From assembly GCA_040220235.1 (NCBI GenBank), contig JAVJTO010000009.1: a DNA stretch of 64,000 nt; one strand, written 5' to 3'. This DNA is from Coleofasciculus sp. B1-GNL1-01 (GTDB lineage: Bacteria > Cyanobacteriota > Cyanobacteriia > Cyanobacteriales > Coleofasciculaceae). A model generated the notes under the pieces. It saw nothing but the letters and a program-made list of their open reading frames with translations, was not told where the DNA came from and did no database searches. Made by a program: the position numbers and the translations under genes. Shown here in pieces: positions 1 to 10,326 of the stretch; position 1 is the first letter of the stretch, and the number at the start of each line of letters is the position of its first letter.

Positions 1-143
1 CTGAACCTTACCAAGGACATAAAGAATGGCGAGGGCAATTAATTCGCCGGGATGATACCCGTGTATATCTCAACCGAAAAGGACGGGCGATCGCCATTCC
101 TCGTGATCAAGTAACTAAAGTTCAGTTCGATGAGCAGGGTTAA
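1..143 (+). CDS. rimP: Ribosome maturation factor RimP, 3' end only (cut by window edge)
   Basis: Frame from nt 3 reads EPYQGHKEWRGQLIRRDDTRVYLNRKGRAIAIPRDQVTKVQFDEQG*. This resembles the RimP C-terminal domain, and it lies directly upstream of nusA. Confidence 0.85.
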   Translation, partial: EPYQGHKEWRGQLIRRDDTRVYLNRKGRAIAIPRDQVTKVQFDEQG

Positions 144-228
144 ACCCGTTTAGATCATTAGTAATTAGTCATTGAACATTAGTTATGTTGTTAACGACCC
201 ACAATAAACAGTTTATGGAGATTTGCCT

Positions 229-1626
229 ATGTCTATCGTTAATCTGCCGGGACTAAAAAAGATGATCGAAGAGATCTCTCAAAGCCATAATTTACCGAAA
301 TCAGCAGTCCAACAGGCACTGAGAGAAGCACTGATCAAAGGCTATGAGCGCTATCGTCGAGCGCAACGCATAGAGCGACCTCATTTTGATGATGAGTACT
401 TTAACAACTTTGAAGTCGATTTAGATATCGAAGAAGAAGGATTTCGCATTCTTTGTACCAAAACCATTGTTGAGGAAGTTGGCAACACCGATCATCATAT
501 TTCCCTCAAAGAAGTTCAAGAAGTCGCATCAGAGGCACAATTAGGTGACTCGGTGGTTCTGGATGTTACTCCAGATCAACGTGATTTTGGTCGAATGGCA
601 GCTATTCAAACCAAGCAGGTACTCTCCCAAAAACTACGGGATCAACAGCGTAAGTTGATCCAAGAAGAGTTTGAAGAGTTAGAAGGAACGGTTCTCCAAG
701 CCAGAGTGCTACGATTTGAGCGGCAATCGGTGATCATGGCGATTAGCAGTGGCTTTGGTCAGCCAGAAGTGGAAGCCGAACTGCCCAAGCGCGAACAATT
801 ACCCAACGATACCTATCGCATTGGCAGTACCTTTAAGGTTTTTCTCAAAAAAGTGCGTGAAGGTCCTCACCGTGGACCCCAGCTTGTGGTTTCGCGAGCT
901 TCGGCTGGTTTAGTGGTCTATCTGTTTGCCAATGAAGTCCCAGAAATCGAAGATGAAGTCGTGCGAATCGTGGCGGTGGCGCGAGAAGCTAATCCACCGT
1001 CGCGTCATGTCGGACCTCGGACTAAAATTGCCGTGGATACCCTAGAGCGAGATGTTGATCCCGTTGGGGCTTGTATCGGCGCTAGGGGATCACGCATTCA
1101 AGTGGTCGTCAATGAATTGCGTGGCGAAAAAATAGATGTGATTCGTTGGTCGCCTGATCCCGCTACCTATATAGCGAATGCTCTGAGTCCCGCACGAGTA
1201 GAGGAAGTCTTATTGGTGAATCCGGAAGGGCGTCAGGCTCACATTTTGGTCGCGGAAGATCAGCTCAGTTTAGCCATTGGCAAAGAAGGGCAGAATGTTC
1301 GCCTAGCGGCTCGTCTCACAGGTTGGAAGATTGATATTAAAGATATCGCCAAGTACGATTACGAAGCTGAACACCAGAAAATGCAGGAGTTACAAGCCGC
1401 GATCGCACAGAGGGAAGCCGAACTCGCTGATGATGAAGAAGAGGATGAGGAAGAACCAGAGAGAGAAACTTCCTCACCAGCCGAGTTAGAGGCAAAGGTG
1501 ACAACTCCTCAATCCTTAGCTGAGGAGGAATTTGCTGAGGAAGAATTTGCTGAAGACGAGGAAGAATTTGCTGAAGATGAGGAAGAATTTGCTGAAGACG
1601 AGGAAGAGGAGGATATTTTGTCCTAA
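229..1626 (+). CDS. nusA: Transcription termination/antitermination factor NusA with an acidic repeat tail
   Basis: FGRMAAIQTKQV, S1 and KH motifs (DPVGACIGARGSRI, LSLAIGKEGQNVRLAARLTGWKIDI). ATG at 229 follows GGAG. Confidence 0.97.
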   Translation: MSIVNLPGLKKMIEEISQSHNLPKSAVQQALREALIKGYERYRRAQRIERPHFDDEYFNNFEVDLDIEEEGFRILCTKTIVEEVGNTDHHISLKEVQEVASEAQLGDSVVLDVTPDQRDFGRMAAIQTKQVLSQKLRDQQRKLIQEEFEELEGTVLQARVLRFERQSVIMAISSGFGQPEVEAELPKREQLPNDTYRIGSTFKVFLKKVREGPHRGPQLVVSRASAGLVVYLFANEVPEIEDEVVRIVAVAREANPPSRHVGPRTKIAVDTLERDVDPVGACIGARGSRIQVVVNELRGEKIDVIRWSPDPATYIANALSPARVEEVLLVNPEGRQAHILVAEDQLSLAIGKEGQNVRLAARLTGWKIDIKDIAKYDYEAEHQKMQELQAAIAQREAELADDEEEDEEEPERETSSPAELEAKVTTPQSLAEEEFAEEEFAEDEEEFAEDEEEFAEDEEEEDILS

Positions 1627-1845
1627 TCTTAGGAGGATCAAAGCAAGGCGGTAGATTCCTTAAGGGCGTTGAACTCTTCTTGCACCTAACTTGATCAGAG
1701 GGAATGGGGAGAGATTTTCATGGAAGCTGGTGTACGCCGTTGCTCAAGACATCCTCCTCACTGTCCTCACCTCGTTTACCGAGATAGGTTACACCGTGAA
1801 CAGTAAACTCATGCGAGCCTACACCAAAATCATTGTCCGAATCTT

Positions 1846-2124
1846 ATGGAACCCAATTACCGACGTTGCCTAAGTTGTCGCCGGGTGGCTCAAAAACAAG
1901 CATTATGGCGAGTTGTGCGAATCCATCCATCGCGACAGGTAAAATTAGATCAGGGCATGGGACGTTCGGCTTATATCTGTCCTCAAGCGAGTTGTCTGGC
2001 GGCTGCTCAGAAGAAAAATCGATTGGGACGAGCGCTGAGGGCATCGGTTCCCGACGAAATTTATCAACGATTATGGCAGCGTTTAGAACCTTGTCCCTGG
2101 AGCATCCAACGCAGCAGCGATTGA
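1846..2124 (+). CDS. ylxR: YlxR/DUF448 family RNA-binding protein
   Basis: RRCLSCR...GRSAYICPQASC motifs; conserved position between nusA and infB. Confidence 0.92.
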   Translation: MEPNYRRCLSCRRVAQKQALWRVVRIHPSRQVKLDQGMGRSAYICPQASCLAAAQKKNRLGRALRASVPDEIYQRLWQRLEPCPWSIQRSSD

Positions 2125-2530
2125 GCCAATGCATCCAAAAAACTCCAGCAAGGCTCTCAATGAACCTAAGCAATCGCTAGGATAGTAAAGAAGTACCATT
2201 ACTAATGGTGTTCGGAGGTGAGTCTGACCCTGATCAAGTTAACAACTCCTACCTGAGGAAGATACTGCGGATCTAGGGATCTAGAAAATCTATCGAGTTT
2301 TGTTAAGATTTGTGTAAGTTAACTATCCAGGCTCTGATTAAGAGTGTAAAGATATCCAACTGGCTGACAGTCAAGGATCGCCTGTGTAACATGAGTTATT
2401 GGTGAGTTATCGAGTAAACTCTTAAAGACACCTTATTGATTTAAGCCAATCCGGCACGAAAACCAATGACCACGCACGCTTTCAATCATTTAGTTATGGT
2501 GTAACAATATGTACGACGGGGGAATAGTGG

Positions 2531-5500
2531 ATGAACAACGGCAAAGTCAGAATTTACGAATTATCACGGGAATTGAATTTGGACAACAAGGACATTTTGA
2601 ATATTTGCGAAGGACTTCATATTGCAGTCAAAAGTCACAGTAGCACGATTACAGAATCTGAAGCTGAGCGAATCAGAGCGGCGGCGGAAAAATATGCTGA
2701 GGGGATCACTAGCCTCAAAGGTCGTGACCAAACAACCTCAGCATCTGCTGACCATGCAGATGGACGCTCTAACAATAACAATCAGCGCAAACAGCAAATT
2801 TTGAGCGTTAAGCCTAAGCCTCGTTCCAGTTTTAGCTCTTCCCAGGAATCAGAATCCGGGTCAAAGTCTTCTCAACCCCCCGTAAAGCCGACTGTGAATC
2901 CACCACGTCCACCCGCCCAGCTTAATCGACCAACCTCGGTGAATTTGCAGCAGGACAATTCTGAGTCAGAAACACCAACCCAATCTCAAGGGTCACAGGA
3001 GAACGTTACTAAAGCTGAAGTGGAAGCTAAAGAAGCTAAAGAAGCTAAAGAAACTAAAGAAGCTAAACCCAAACTTATCCAACCCCCCGTTCGACCAACG
3101 TCACCGAAACCGAGTCAACCCACCCAGGTTGAACGACCGAAATTGAAGCGCGAGCGATCGGATGAGACCCCTGTAGAGACAGCTAAGCCTGAGCCGCCTG
3201 AATCGACGAGTGAGCCTAAACCGCAAACGCCGGCTAAATCTCCCGCCCCTGCTCATCCGAAATCTCCGGCTCAGCCTGTTCCTAAACTGCAATCTCCCCC
3301 CAAACGCTCCCGACCGACTCGTCCGAGTGAGAGTCCTGAAGTGGCGGCTATCGATTCGGGTTCCTTAGAACAGAAGCAGGAGGAGGCCGATGAAAGCGTA
3401 GAAACCCTTCTGGAACCGCCGGAACTGAAAAATCTTAAAGCCAAACGACCCACGCCGCCACGTCAGTCGAAGAAACGTGAATGGATTGATGAGGAAGAGG
3501 AACGGGAAGGATCTAAACCCGGAAAAGCGGCTAAGCTCAAGCGGCGACCTAAACTGATCGAAGAAGATGAGGAAGAGTTTGATGGTAACTACCAAGCAGC
3601 TGACACCCCTGTAGCAGTCAGTATGTCGGTCGCTCGTCCTCCTAAACCTAAATCTCAAACGGGACAGACTCCCCCACCAACGGCAGCCAGTCAGGTTAGG
3701 AAAAAACCAGAAGTTAAAACCGGTAAACCAGAAAGTCGCGATCGCCGTCGTGAAAAGCAAGAAGTCGCCGAACGTCCTGAACAAATTGTCTTAAACGATT
3801 CGCTAACCGTTCGAGAGCTGGCAGATAAGCTGAACCTTGCCGAAACAGAGGTGATTAAGCAGCTATTCTTCAAGGGATTGGCAGTGAATATCACCCAAAC
3901 CCTGGATCTGCCCACCGCTCAAATGGTTGCCGAAGAACTTGGCGTTGATGTTCAGACAGAAGAAGCTGAATCAGAAGCCGCTAAAACCGAAATGCTGGAT
4001 GCGGCTGACTTAGAATACCTGGTTCGACGTCCACCCGTAGTCACAATCATGGGTCATGTCGATCACGGTAAAACCACGCTGCTGGATGCCATTCGCGAAA
4101 CCAAAGTGGCACAAGGCGAAGCGGGAGGAATTACTCAGCACATCGGTGCTTACCATGTCGATGTGGAGCATGAAGATCAAGTCCAACAGGTGGTCTTCCT
4201 GGATACTCCAGGTCACGAAGCCTTTACCGCGATGCGGGCGCGGGGAGCGCGAGTAACTGATATTGCCATTTTGGTTGTTGCTGCCGATGATGGGGTACAA
4301 CCCCAAACCCGTGAAGCGATCAGCCATGCGAAAGCTGCTGAAGTGCCAATTGTGGTTGCCGTTAACAAAATCGATAAGGAAGGGGCACAACCTGACCGCG
4401 TGAAGCAAGAGTTAATGGAACATGGATTAGTCCCAGAAGAATGGGGCGGTGACACGATCATGGTACCCGTGAGTGCGATCCAAAAAGAAAACTTGGATAC
4501 ACTCCTGGAAATGATCCTGCTCGTTTCTGACATTGAAGAACTCTCCGCTAACCCCGCCCGATTAGCCAAAGGTACGGTTATTGAAGCCAACCTGGATAAA
4601 TCTAGAGGTCCAGTTGCCACATTGTTGGTACAAAATGGCACGCTGCGGGTGGGTGATACTTTAGTGGCAGGATCGGTCTTCGGTAAAGTACGAGCCATGA
4701 TCGATGACCGAGGCAAACGAGTAGACGAGGCAGCCCCCTCCTTTGCCGTAGAGGTATTGGGTTTAAGCGATGTCCCGGCTGCTGGTGATGAGTTTGACGT
4801 CTTTGAACAAGAAAAAGAAGCTCGCGCCGTTGCGGATATGAGAAGCCAAGAACAGCGCGAATCTCGTCTGCAACAGGTGATGTCGTCCCGCCGAGTCAGC
4901 CTGAATAGCCTCTCTGCCAAAGCTCAAGAAGGGGAACTCAAAGAACTCAACTTGATCCTGAAGGCAGATGTACAAGGTTCGGTTGAAGCCATTCTGGGTT
5001 CACTCAAACAGTTACCCCAAAATGAAGTTCAAATCCGAGTCCTATTAGCGACGGCTGGAGAAGTCACCGAAACCGATGTGGACTTAGCGGCGGCTAGTGG
5101 TGCGGTAATCATTGGCTTTAATACCACTTTGGCTCACGGCGCTCGTTCTGCTGCTGAACAAGAGAGTGTTGATGTGCGCGAATACAACATCATCTATAAT
5201 CTCTTGGATGACATTCAAGCGGCGATGGAAGGGTTACTGGAGCCAGAATTGGTGGAAGAACCCTTGGGTCAAGTGGAAGTCCGAGCTGTCTTCCCCGTCG
5301 GTCGCGGTGCGGTGGCAGGTTGCTACGTACAGTCAGGCAAAGCAGTGCGGAATTGCAAGATCCGAGTGCAACGTCGGGGTCAAATGATCTACGAAGGGGT
5401 ACTTGATTCGCTGAAGCGGATGAAGGATGATGTCAAAGAAGTCAATGCCGGATTTGAATGCGGTATTCGTGTTGATAGATTCAATGATTGGACTGAAGGT

Positions 5501-5557
5501 GACATCATCGAAACCTATAAGATGGTGAGCAAACGCCGGACTCTATCAGCGACTTAG
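2531..5557 (+). CDS. infB: Translation initiation factor IF-2
   Basis: N-terminal [21 protein letters not shown]-loop, [12 protein letters not shown] and the C-terminal IF2 domains. Confidence 0.98.
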   Translation: MNNGKVRIYELSRELNLDNKDILNICEGLHIAVKSHSSTITESEAERIRAAAEKYAEGITSLKGRDQTTSASADHADGRSNNNNQRKQQILSVKPKPRSSFSSSQESESGSKSSQPPVKPTVNPPRPPAQLNRPTSVNLQQDNSESETPTQSQGSQENVTKAEVEAKEAKEAKETKEAKPKLIQPPVRPTSPKPSQPTQVERPKLKRERSDETPVETAKPEPPESTSEPKPQTPAKSPAPAHPKSPAQPVPKLQSPPKRSRPTRPSESPEVAAIDSGSLEQKQEEADESVETLLEPPELKNLKAKRPTPPRQSKKREWIDEEEEREGSKPGKAAKLKRRPKLIEEDEEEFDGNYQAADTPVAVSMSVARPPKPKSQTGQTPPPTAASQVRKKPEVKTGKPESRDRRREKQEVAERPEQIVLNDSLTVRELADKLNLAETEVIKQLFFKGLAVNITQTLDLPTAQMVAEELGVDVQTEEAESEAAKTEMLDAADLEYLVRRPPVVTIMGHVDHGKTTLLDAIRETKVAQGEAGGITQHIGAYHVDVEHEDQVQQVVFLDTPGHEAFTAMRARGARVTDIAILVVAADDGVQPQTREAISHAKAAEVPIVVAVNKIDKEGAQPDRVKQELMEHGLVPEEWGGDTIMVPVSAIQKENLDTLLEMILLVSDIEELSANPARLAKGTVIEANLDKSRGPVATLLVQNGTLRVGDTLVAGSVFGKVRAMIDDRGKRVDEAAPSFAVEVLGLSDVPAAGDEFDVFEQEKEARAVADMRSQEQRESRLQQVMSSRRVSLNSLSAKAQEGELKELNLILKADVQGSVEAILGSLKQLPQNEVQIRVLLATAGEVTETDVDLAAASGAVIIGFNTTLAHGARSAAEQESVDVREYNIIYNLLDDIQAAMEGLLEPELVEEPLGQVEVRAVFPVGRGAVAGCYVQSGKAVRNCKIRVQRRGQMIYEGVLDSLKRMKDDVKEVNAGFECGIRVDRFNDWTEGDIIETYKMVSKRRTLSAT

Positions 5558-5621
5558 GTCATAAGTTATTAGTCCTTGGTTCATGACTAAGGACTAATCA
5601 CAAAAGACAAAGGACAACCCA

Positions 5622-6257
5622 ATGCGCTCTTTTTGGTCTGAACCGTTCTTGTGGATACATTTGGCGGGTTTAGCGGCACTGCCCCTAACGTTAGAGGTTG
5701 TCGCGCTAGGACTGGCAACGGGTGAACCCCTGTTACCTATCTGGCTAGAACTCTTAATTTTGGCAGTTATCGGCATCGCACCAGTTTTGTGGATGCAATT
5801 GACCCGCCCCTTTGACATTTTTAGTCTGCTCGTGGTTGCTCTGAAACCCGATCGCCTAACCGAATCCCAGCGACGACTGTTGAGCTTATTTGACCGGAAA
5901 ACCAACCCGCTGCTAACAATTATGGCAGCAGGTTTTATGGTATGGGTACTGTGGCAAATTTATAGCATCGCTCCTTTAGCGGCAGGGATCGTTCCCTGGA
6001 CAGTTCAATGGCACATCGCTGGATTGGCTTTGGCAGGAGTTGGGTTTCTGGCAAGCCACTTATTTTTGCAAGTGCCTTTGAGTGTGGTTCAAGTTCTATT
6101 CACTAGCGAGGCGGAGTGGGCAGCAACTCAACCTTATCCAGTGGAAAAAATACCGGAAAACTTTACAGTACCAGGGTTTCGGGTCAAACAAATTTTACCT
6201 GCGATCGCCCCAGAGTCATCCGTGGGCGAATCGTCCCCTGAACAAGTGGATTCATGA
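5622..6257 (+). CDS. Conserved cyanobacterial membrane protein (low-complexity-tail membrane protein family)
   Basis: Four hydrophobic segments; EPFLWIHLAG start typical of the gene that follows cyanobacterial infB. Confidence 0.8.
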   Translation: MRSFWSEPFLWIHLAGLAALPLTLEVVALGLATGEPLLPIWLELLILAVIGIAPVLWMQLTRPFDIFSLLVVALKPDRLTESQRRLLSLFDRKTNPLLTIMAAGFMVWVLWQIYSIAPLAAGIVPWTVQWHIAGLALAGVGFLASHLFLQVPLSVVQVLFTSEAEWAATQPYPVEKIPENFTVPGFRVKQILPAIAPESSVGESSPEQVDS

Positions 6258-6460
6258 ACCCCGCCCTACTTCGTGAGGACGGGGATTGGCAGAGGGAACC
6301 TGCCAGGAAGTCATGAATAGGGCATGAGTTGGTAAGGGATAACCACTTCCGAACGTTTCTCTAGTTCGGATTAGATGTAGGTCTAGGAATCTCTAGACGC
6401 TGGGTAATGCCAGGACACACCCTGATCAATGCCTTAAGAGACACAAACATTTACACGAGT
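6251..6460 (+). ncRNA. omegaRNA (HEARO-type) scaffold
   Basis: Successive stems: TTCATGA/TCATGAA, CCCCGCCCT/AGGACGGGG, TGGCAG/CTGCCA, TCCGAAC/GTTCGGA, GTCTAG/CTAGAC. It lies directly 5' of an IscB/IsrB-type ORF. Confidence 0.8.
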
Positions 6461-6471
6461 GGATTATCTCT

Positions 6472-7370
6472 ATGAATCGTGTTCCAGTAATCAGTGAAGA
6501 AGGAAAACCGATGGCGCCTACCAAGCCCTCCAGGGTCCCACGGTGGGTCAAGAAAGGTAAGGCAGTGGGAAAATGGTCAGACCTTGGCGTCTATTACGTC
6601 CAGCTCACCACACCACCATCGGCTGAGGACGTGCAACCCATTACCGTTGGAGTCGATCCGGGTAAGTCTTATTCTGGCGTCGGCAAGCAATTGGGTATGA
6701 ACGGGTTAAAGCCGACATAGACTTTTCCCAACGCAAACGCGCCAAGTCGGGTAAAGGCTTTTCCCCGGTGATGACAGGTCAAAATTGGGCGATATCTCAG
6801 ATGGAAAAAATTGCCCCTGTCTATATCCGCGAAGGTTGGCAAAAGGATGGTAATGGCACGTCTCAACTCCGAACCCAACTAGGGTTAGAGAAAGACAGGG
6901 TGAACAAGTCTGTAGCCAAACCAGAAACCCACGCGGTTGACGGGGTGACATTGGCTTGCGGATATTTCATTAAATATGTCCCGTTTACTGGTTCCAATTC
7001 CCATGGTTACACCCACAAGGGTAGCGTTACCGTAACTCCTTCCCCATTTAAGATCATCACCCGCCCCGGTGCGGTGAAGCGGGGAAAAGAGTACGGCTTT
7101 TTCCGCCGCCAGTTACACTTCGAGGTTCCAGATAAGTCCGGAATTAGAAAGCGTAAGGGTGGGACAATTACCCCATTTGGGATGAGAATCGGTGATTTGG
7201 TTAGAGCACAGAAAGCTGGAAAAGTCCATATTGGCTACGTCAGCGGATTTACCGACACCGAAAAGACCAAAAACATCTCTGTTTGCGACCACACCTGGAA
7301 GCGTATTGGGCAGTTTGCCCCAAGCAAGGTCGAGTTAATCAGGAGGGCTAATGGTTTGTGCATAGCTTAA
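6472..7370 (+). pseudogene. isrB: IsrB-like (RRXRR/PLMP-domain, HNH-less) RNA-guided nickase with internal deletion and frameshift
   Basis: RVPV..GKPMAPTKPSR (PLMP-like) and RuvC-I VGVDPGK. At about 6685 the frame jumps to AIGYERVKAD (RuvC-II) ...SGKGFSPVMTGQ...THAVDG (RuvC-III). The Arg-rich bridge helix is missing and there is no HNH. Confidence 0.8.
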
Positions 7371-7538
7371 AAAGTTGGACACCTCCATTCTTCCGGCGTC
7401 CCGCTATCCCTCCCCATCTTGCTAACGCGCTCAGATGGGGACTCCCACGAACACGTTGAGCTGAGTTTGGCTACATTAAACGTCAACAGCCAAACCTCAA
7501 GGGAGCATGTCATCCTTGAGTCTAGACCAAGCATTCCT

Positions 7539-7605
7539 AGAAACCGGGTTTCTCGTGAGGATGACAACTCTATATCAACCTTTGACACCCAGAAACCCGG
7601 TTTCT
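7539..7605. repeat. Paired palindromic REP-like element AGAAACCGGGTTTCT...AGAAACCCGGTTTCT
   Basis: 15-bp inverted pair at 7539-7553 and 7591-7605. Confidence 0.8.
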
Positions 7606-7843
7606 TGACCGATGTCCTAGATACACTCGGGTCACCCTTGACTCAATCCCCTGTTTCAGAACGTGCTTCTTCCTGGTTGAAAATCATGACTTGCCCAAAA
7701 ATCTGGGTAAGTTGGCAATGAGTTGTTGCCAATGTAACAATTTAAACAACGCAGTTCCGTTATTCTGAAAATAAGGTTAAAAAATACAAATAACAGTTAA
7801 GAATTGCTACGAACTCATTCTGTTTAGATCACGATAAAGGTTT

Positions 7844-8047
7844 ATGAAAAGCACAACTGTATCCGAATCCAACCAAATTTCCCCAGATAGTCCAGTTTGG
7901 GACAATCTCAAAGAAGCGATCGCAGCCAGTTCTGGATTTCAACGCTGGCAGATGGAGCATCCCGCTGCCCATCACCTTCAAGATCGCAGCTTGGAGCATC
8001 GGGTGCGTCGGTATTTGCGGGATACCCTAGAGACTCTGGCTTATTAA
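7844..8047 (+). CDS. Conserved small cyanobacterial protein (WxxLKxAIAxSSGFxxW...YLRxTLETLAY)
   Basis: 67-aa ORF with a motif I recognise from cyanobacterial small proteins; AAAGG precedes the ATG. Confidence 0.75.
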   Translation: MKSTTVSESNQISPDSPVWDNLKEAIAASSGFQRWQMEHPAAHHLQDRSLEHRVRRYLRDTLETLAY

Positions 8048-8577
8048 AAAATCTGAGGCAAACCCTCACTCAGGCGGGTAATCTGTTGCAGGATATCCGC
8101 TAAGCGATCGCCTTCAACATGAACATCGGCAGTTGGGTAGTTTTCCAGGATTTCGATCAGGGTGATTTGATTATCATTGAGCGCCGAGATCACTAAGGCA
8201 GATCGCAAAGACTGGCGATTTGCCCGGTTAGTCGGAGTATGAACCACCTCACTCACTCGATCAAGCATTACTTCTCCCACAGGAGTATTGAGAATCCGAG
8301 AAAGCATAATCCCATTAACTGAAATTGGTTGGGTTAAAGTCGTCCGTAGTTCTTCGGGTTGCTTCCCAGCCAAATCCAGATATGCTTGTAGAGAACGTGA
8401 TAACTCACCTGTTTGGGTAAATGTCGAGAGTTCGGGAACCGATATCGTCTCTCGCAGAAAACGATATTTTAAGATGACGGATTCTGAGGCGTTAGCAGCC
8501 AAGCTATAAGACCAGATGCCAGCGACAATGATCCCACTATACAGAAAACGTCGTAAATTTGATAAGTAATTAAACAT
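8044..8577 (-). CDS. DUF1400 (alpha/beta-hydrolase-associated) secreted protein
   Basis: Signal peptide ending ANA; ISVPELSTFTQTGELS and ITLIEILENYPT typical of DUF1400. ATG at 8577 preferred. Confidence 0.8.
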   Translation of the reverse strand: MFNYLSNLRRFLYSGIIVAGIWSYSLAANASESVILKYRFLRETISVPELSTFTQTGELSRSLQAYLDLAGKQPEELRTTLTQPISVNGIMLSRILNTPVGEVMLDRVSEVVHTPTNRANRQSLRSALVISALNDNQITLIEILENYPTADVHVEGDRLADILQQITRLSEGLPQIF

Positions 8578-8635
8578 TTGAATGATGAATAGGGAACAAT
8601 CAACAATCAACAATTCATAAATTACAATTCATAAA

Positions 8636-9208
8636 TTAAGGTAATAAAGTGCCATCAGGCATAATGGCATAGCTAAGTTTAGCGTTATTGAGGATAGTAT
8701 TATCCAAGTCTGCCTCTCTCAAGTCAGCACCACTCAAATCAGCAGCGGTCAAATTCGCATTACTTAAATCCGCCGCCCTTAGTTCAGCAAGGCTTAAATT
8801 GGCACCAACTAGATTAGTATTCGCTAGTTTAGCTAGACTTAATCCAGCGCCAGCTAAATTCGCACGAGTTAGATTTGCACCGATTAAGGCTGCCACAATC
8901 AGATTAGCTCCAGTTAACTTTGCATCTGTAAGATTGGCAGAAACCAGACTCGCACCACTCAGGTTGGCATACTCCAGATTGGCACGTCTTAAATCGGCGC
9001 GGATAAGATTAGCACCAGCCAGATTAGCACCCCTCAAATTGGTATTGCTCAACAGAGCATCCGACAATTGTACTCCACTCAAATCACACTCAACACAGCT
9101 ACCTGTTTGTCGTAATTGTTCTAGGTGGGCTGGATTGAACGCTTGCACTGAGGGGTGTAGCCAGACAGAGGTAAACAGGATGAGAGGGGGAAAGACTTTA
9201 AATGTCAT
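8636..9208 (-). CDS. Pentapeptide repeat protein with signal peptide
   Basis: CVECDLSG followed by A(N/D)LxG repeats and a terminal AIMPDG. ATG at 9208 preferred. Confidence 0.9.
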   Translation of the reverse strand: MTFKVFPPLILFTSVWLHPSVQAFNPAHLEQLRQTGSCVECDLSGVQLSDALLSNTNLRGANLAGANLIRADLRRANLEYANLSGASLVSANLTDAKLTGANLIVAALIGANLTRANLAGAGLSLAKLANTNLVGANLSLAELRAADLSNANLTAADLSGADLREADLDNTILNNAKLSYAIMPDGTLLP

Positions 9209-9563
9209 AGCATGACGTTTGACTTTTTGATGATGGCTAACGGTGAGAACTAAACCTGACGCTCTAGAATCTATGACTCCTATCACCTCAAGCTTAGACT
9301 ATCATCACTAAAAATTAACGGTTTGCATCACCCGCCCTTTAATCAAAATCACAGATAGTGAGAAGATACTGGCAGTTTACAGGTCACAAGAGCGACAATC
9401 AGAGGAGTGGGTTATGCTAGAAAGACTACTGCTAGCGATCGCGGTTACATTCTCAGTATATCTATCGGTAGACGGTGGATTTGACAAAACACCGATCCCT
9501 TCAGTCTTACAACTTCCCACCTTTCCCGAACAAAATCTGAGTCCATGGCAATAAACAAACGCG

Positions 9564-10190
9564 ATGACACTTAGCAGCGATTTATGGAAATCTAACCAAG
9601 ACTTGGTACAGGAGTGTCTAGAACACCCTTTTGTCCAAGGTATTGCCACAGGGACACTGGAGCACCAGAAATTCGCCTACTATGTGGGTCAAGATGCTTT
9701 TTTCTTAGAAGCGTTTGCTCGCGCTTATAGTATAGCCGCCGCTAAATGTTCTGACTGGGAGGGATTTAACACCTTTCATACTCTTGCAGATGGCGTTCTC
9801 GAAGAACTACGCCTGCATCAGAATTACGCCACAGCCTGGGGAGTCAACTTGCAACAGATTGAACCCGCCATAGCCACACGCCGCTATACTGACTTCTTAT
9901 TGGCAACAGCTTGGGGAGGTGAGATTGGTTTAATTACAGTAGCGATGACGCCCTGTATGCGCTTGTATGCCTTTTTGGGTCAAGAATTAGCCAAGGATGG
10001 CATTCCCGAACACACCTATACGGATTGGATTCGCACCTATAGTAATCCTGAGTTTGAGCAGTTAGCGCAGCAATTAGAGAGATTGACGGATCAATACACC
10101 CAACTCTCAGCCCCTGTCAAATCCAGCTACCGCTATGCTATGCTATGTGAACGAGACTTTTTCGATTCAGCGTGGCAAGCTGGTTCTTAA
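9564..10190 (+). CDS. tenA: TenA/thiaminase II family protein
   Basis: HPFVQGIATGTL, YVGQDAFFL, PCMRLY (catalytic Cys), WIRTY and ERDFF motifs. Confidence 0.9.
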   Translation: MTLSSDLWKSNQDLVQECLEHPFVQGIATGTLEHQKFAYYVGQDAFFLEAFARAYSIAAAKCSDWEGFNTFHTLADGVLEELRLHQNYATAWGVNLQQIEPAIATRRYTDFLLATAWGGEIGLITVAMTPCMRLYAFLGQELAKDGIPEHTYTDWIRTYSNPEFEQLAQQLERLTDQYTQLSAPVKSSYRYAMLCERDFFDSAWQAGS

Positions 10191-10326
10191 TAGCTAAATA
10201 GGAACTAAGATAGCGTTTTGAAAAAAGTTATAAATCTCCCTCATTGCCAAAGTTAAAAAATAAATTCAGTTAGTTGATTAAGCTTATATTTTGTCGATTA
10301 ATCCACTATTTTTAGATTTTTATCCC

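Larger units (their letters stand above)
6251..7460 (+). mobile_element. Non-autonomous IS200/IS605-superfamily OMEGA element (omegaRNA + isrB, no tnpA)
   Basis: Left-end hairpin CCCCGCCCT..AGGACGGGG; right-end hairpin TCCCCATCT..AGATGGGGA (about 7411-7441); encloses a PLMP/RuvC gene. Boundaries are inferred. Confidence 0.8.

Noticed and set aside
7419..7721. 100-aa ORF after the OMEGA element
   Set aside because: Built from the IS right end and a REP pair; no recognisable motif or RBS.
8688..9215. Long antisense ORFs over pentapeptide, infB and haemagglutinin genes (also 4213-4920, 16280-19114, 39546-39905)
   Set aside because: Shadow frames of repetitive or biased coding sequence.
9290..9563. 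Possible TPP riboswitch upstream of tenA
   Set aside because: The conserved CTGAGA and CCTGA..GTAAT..CGNAGG elements were not found together.
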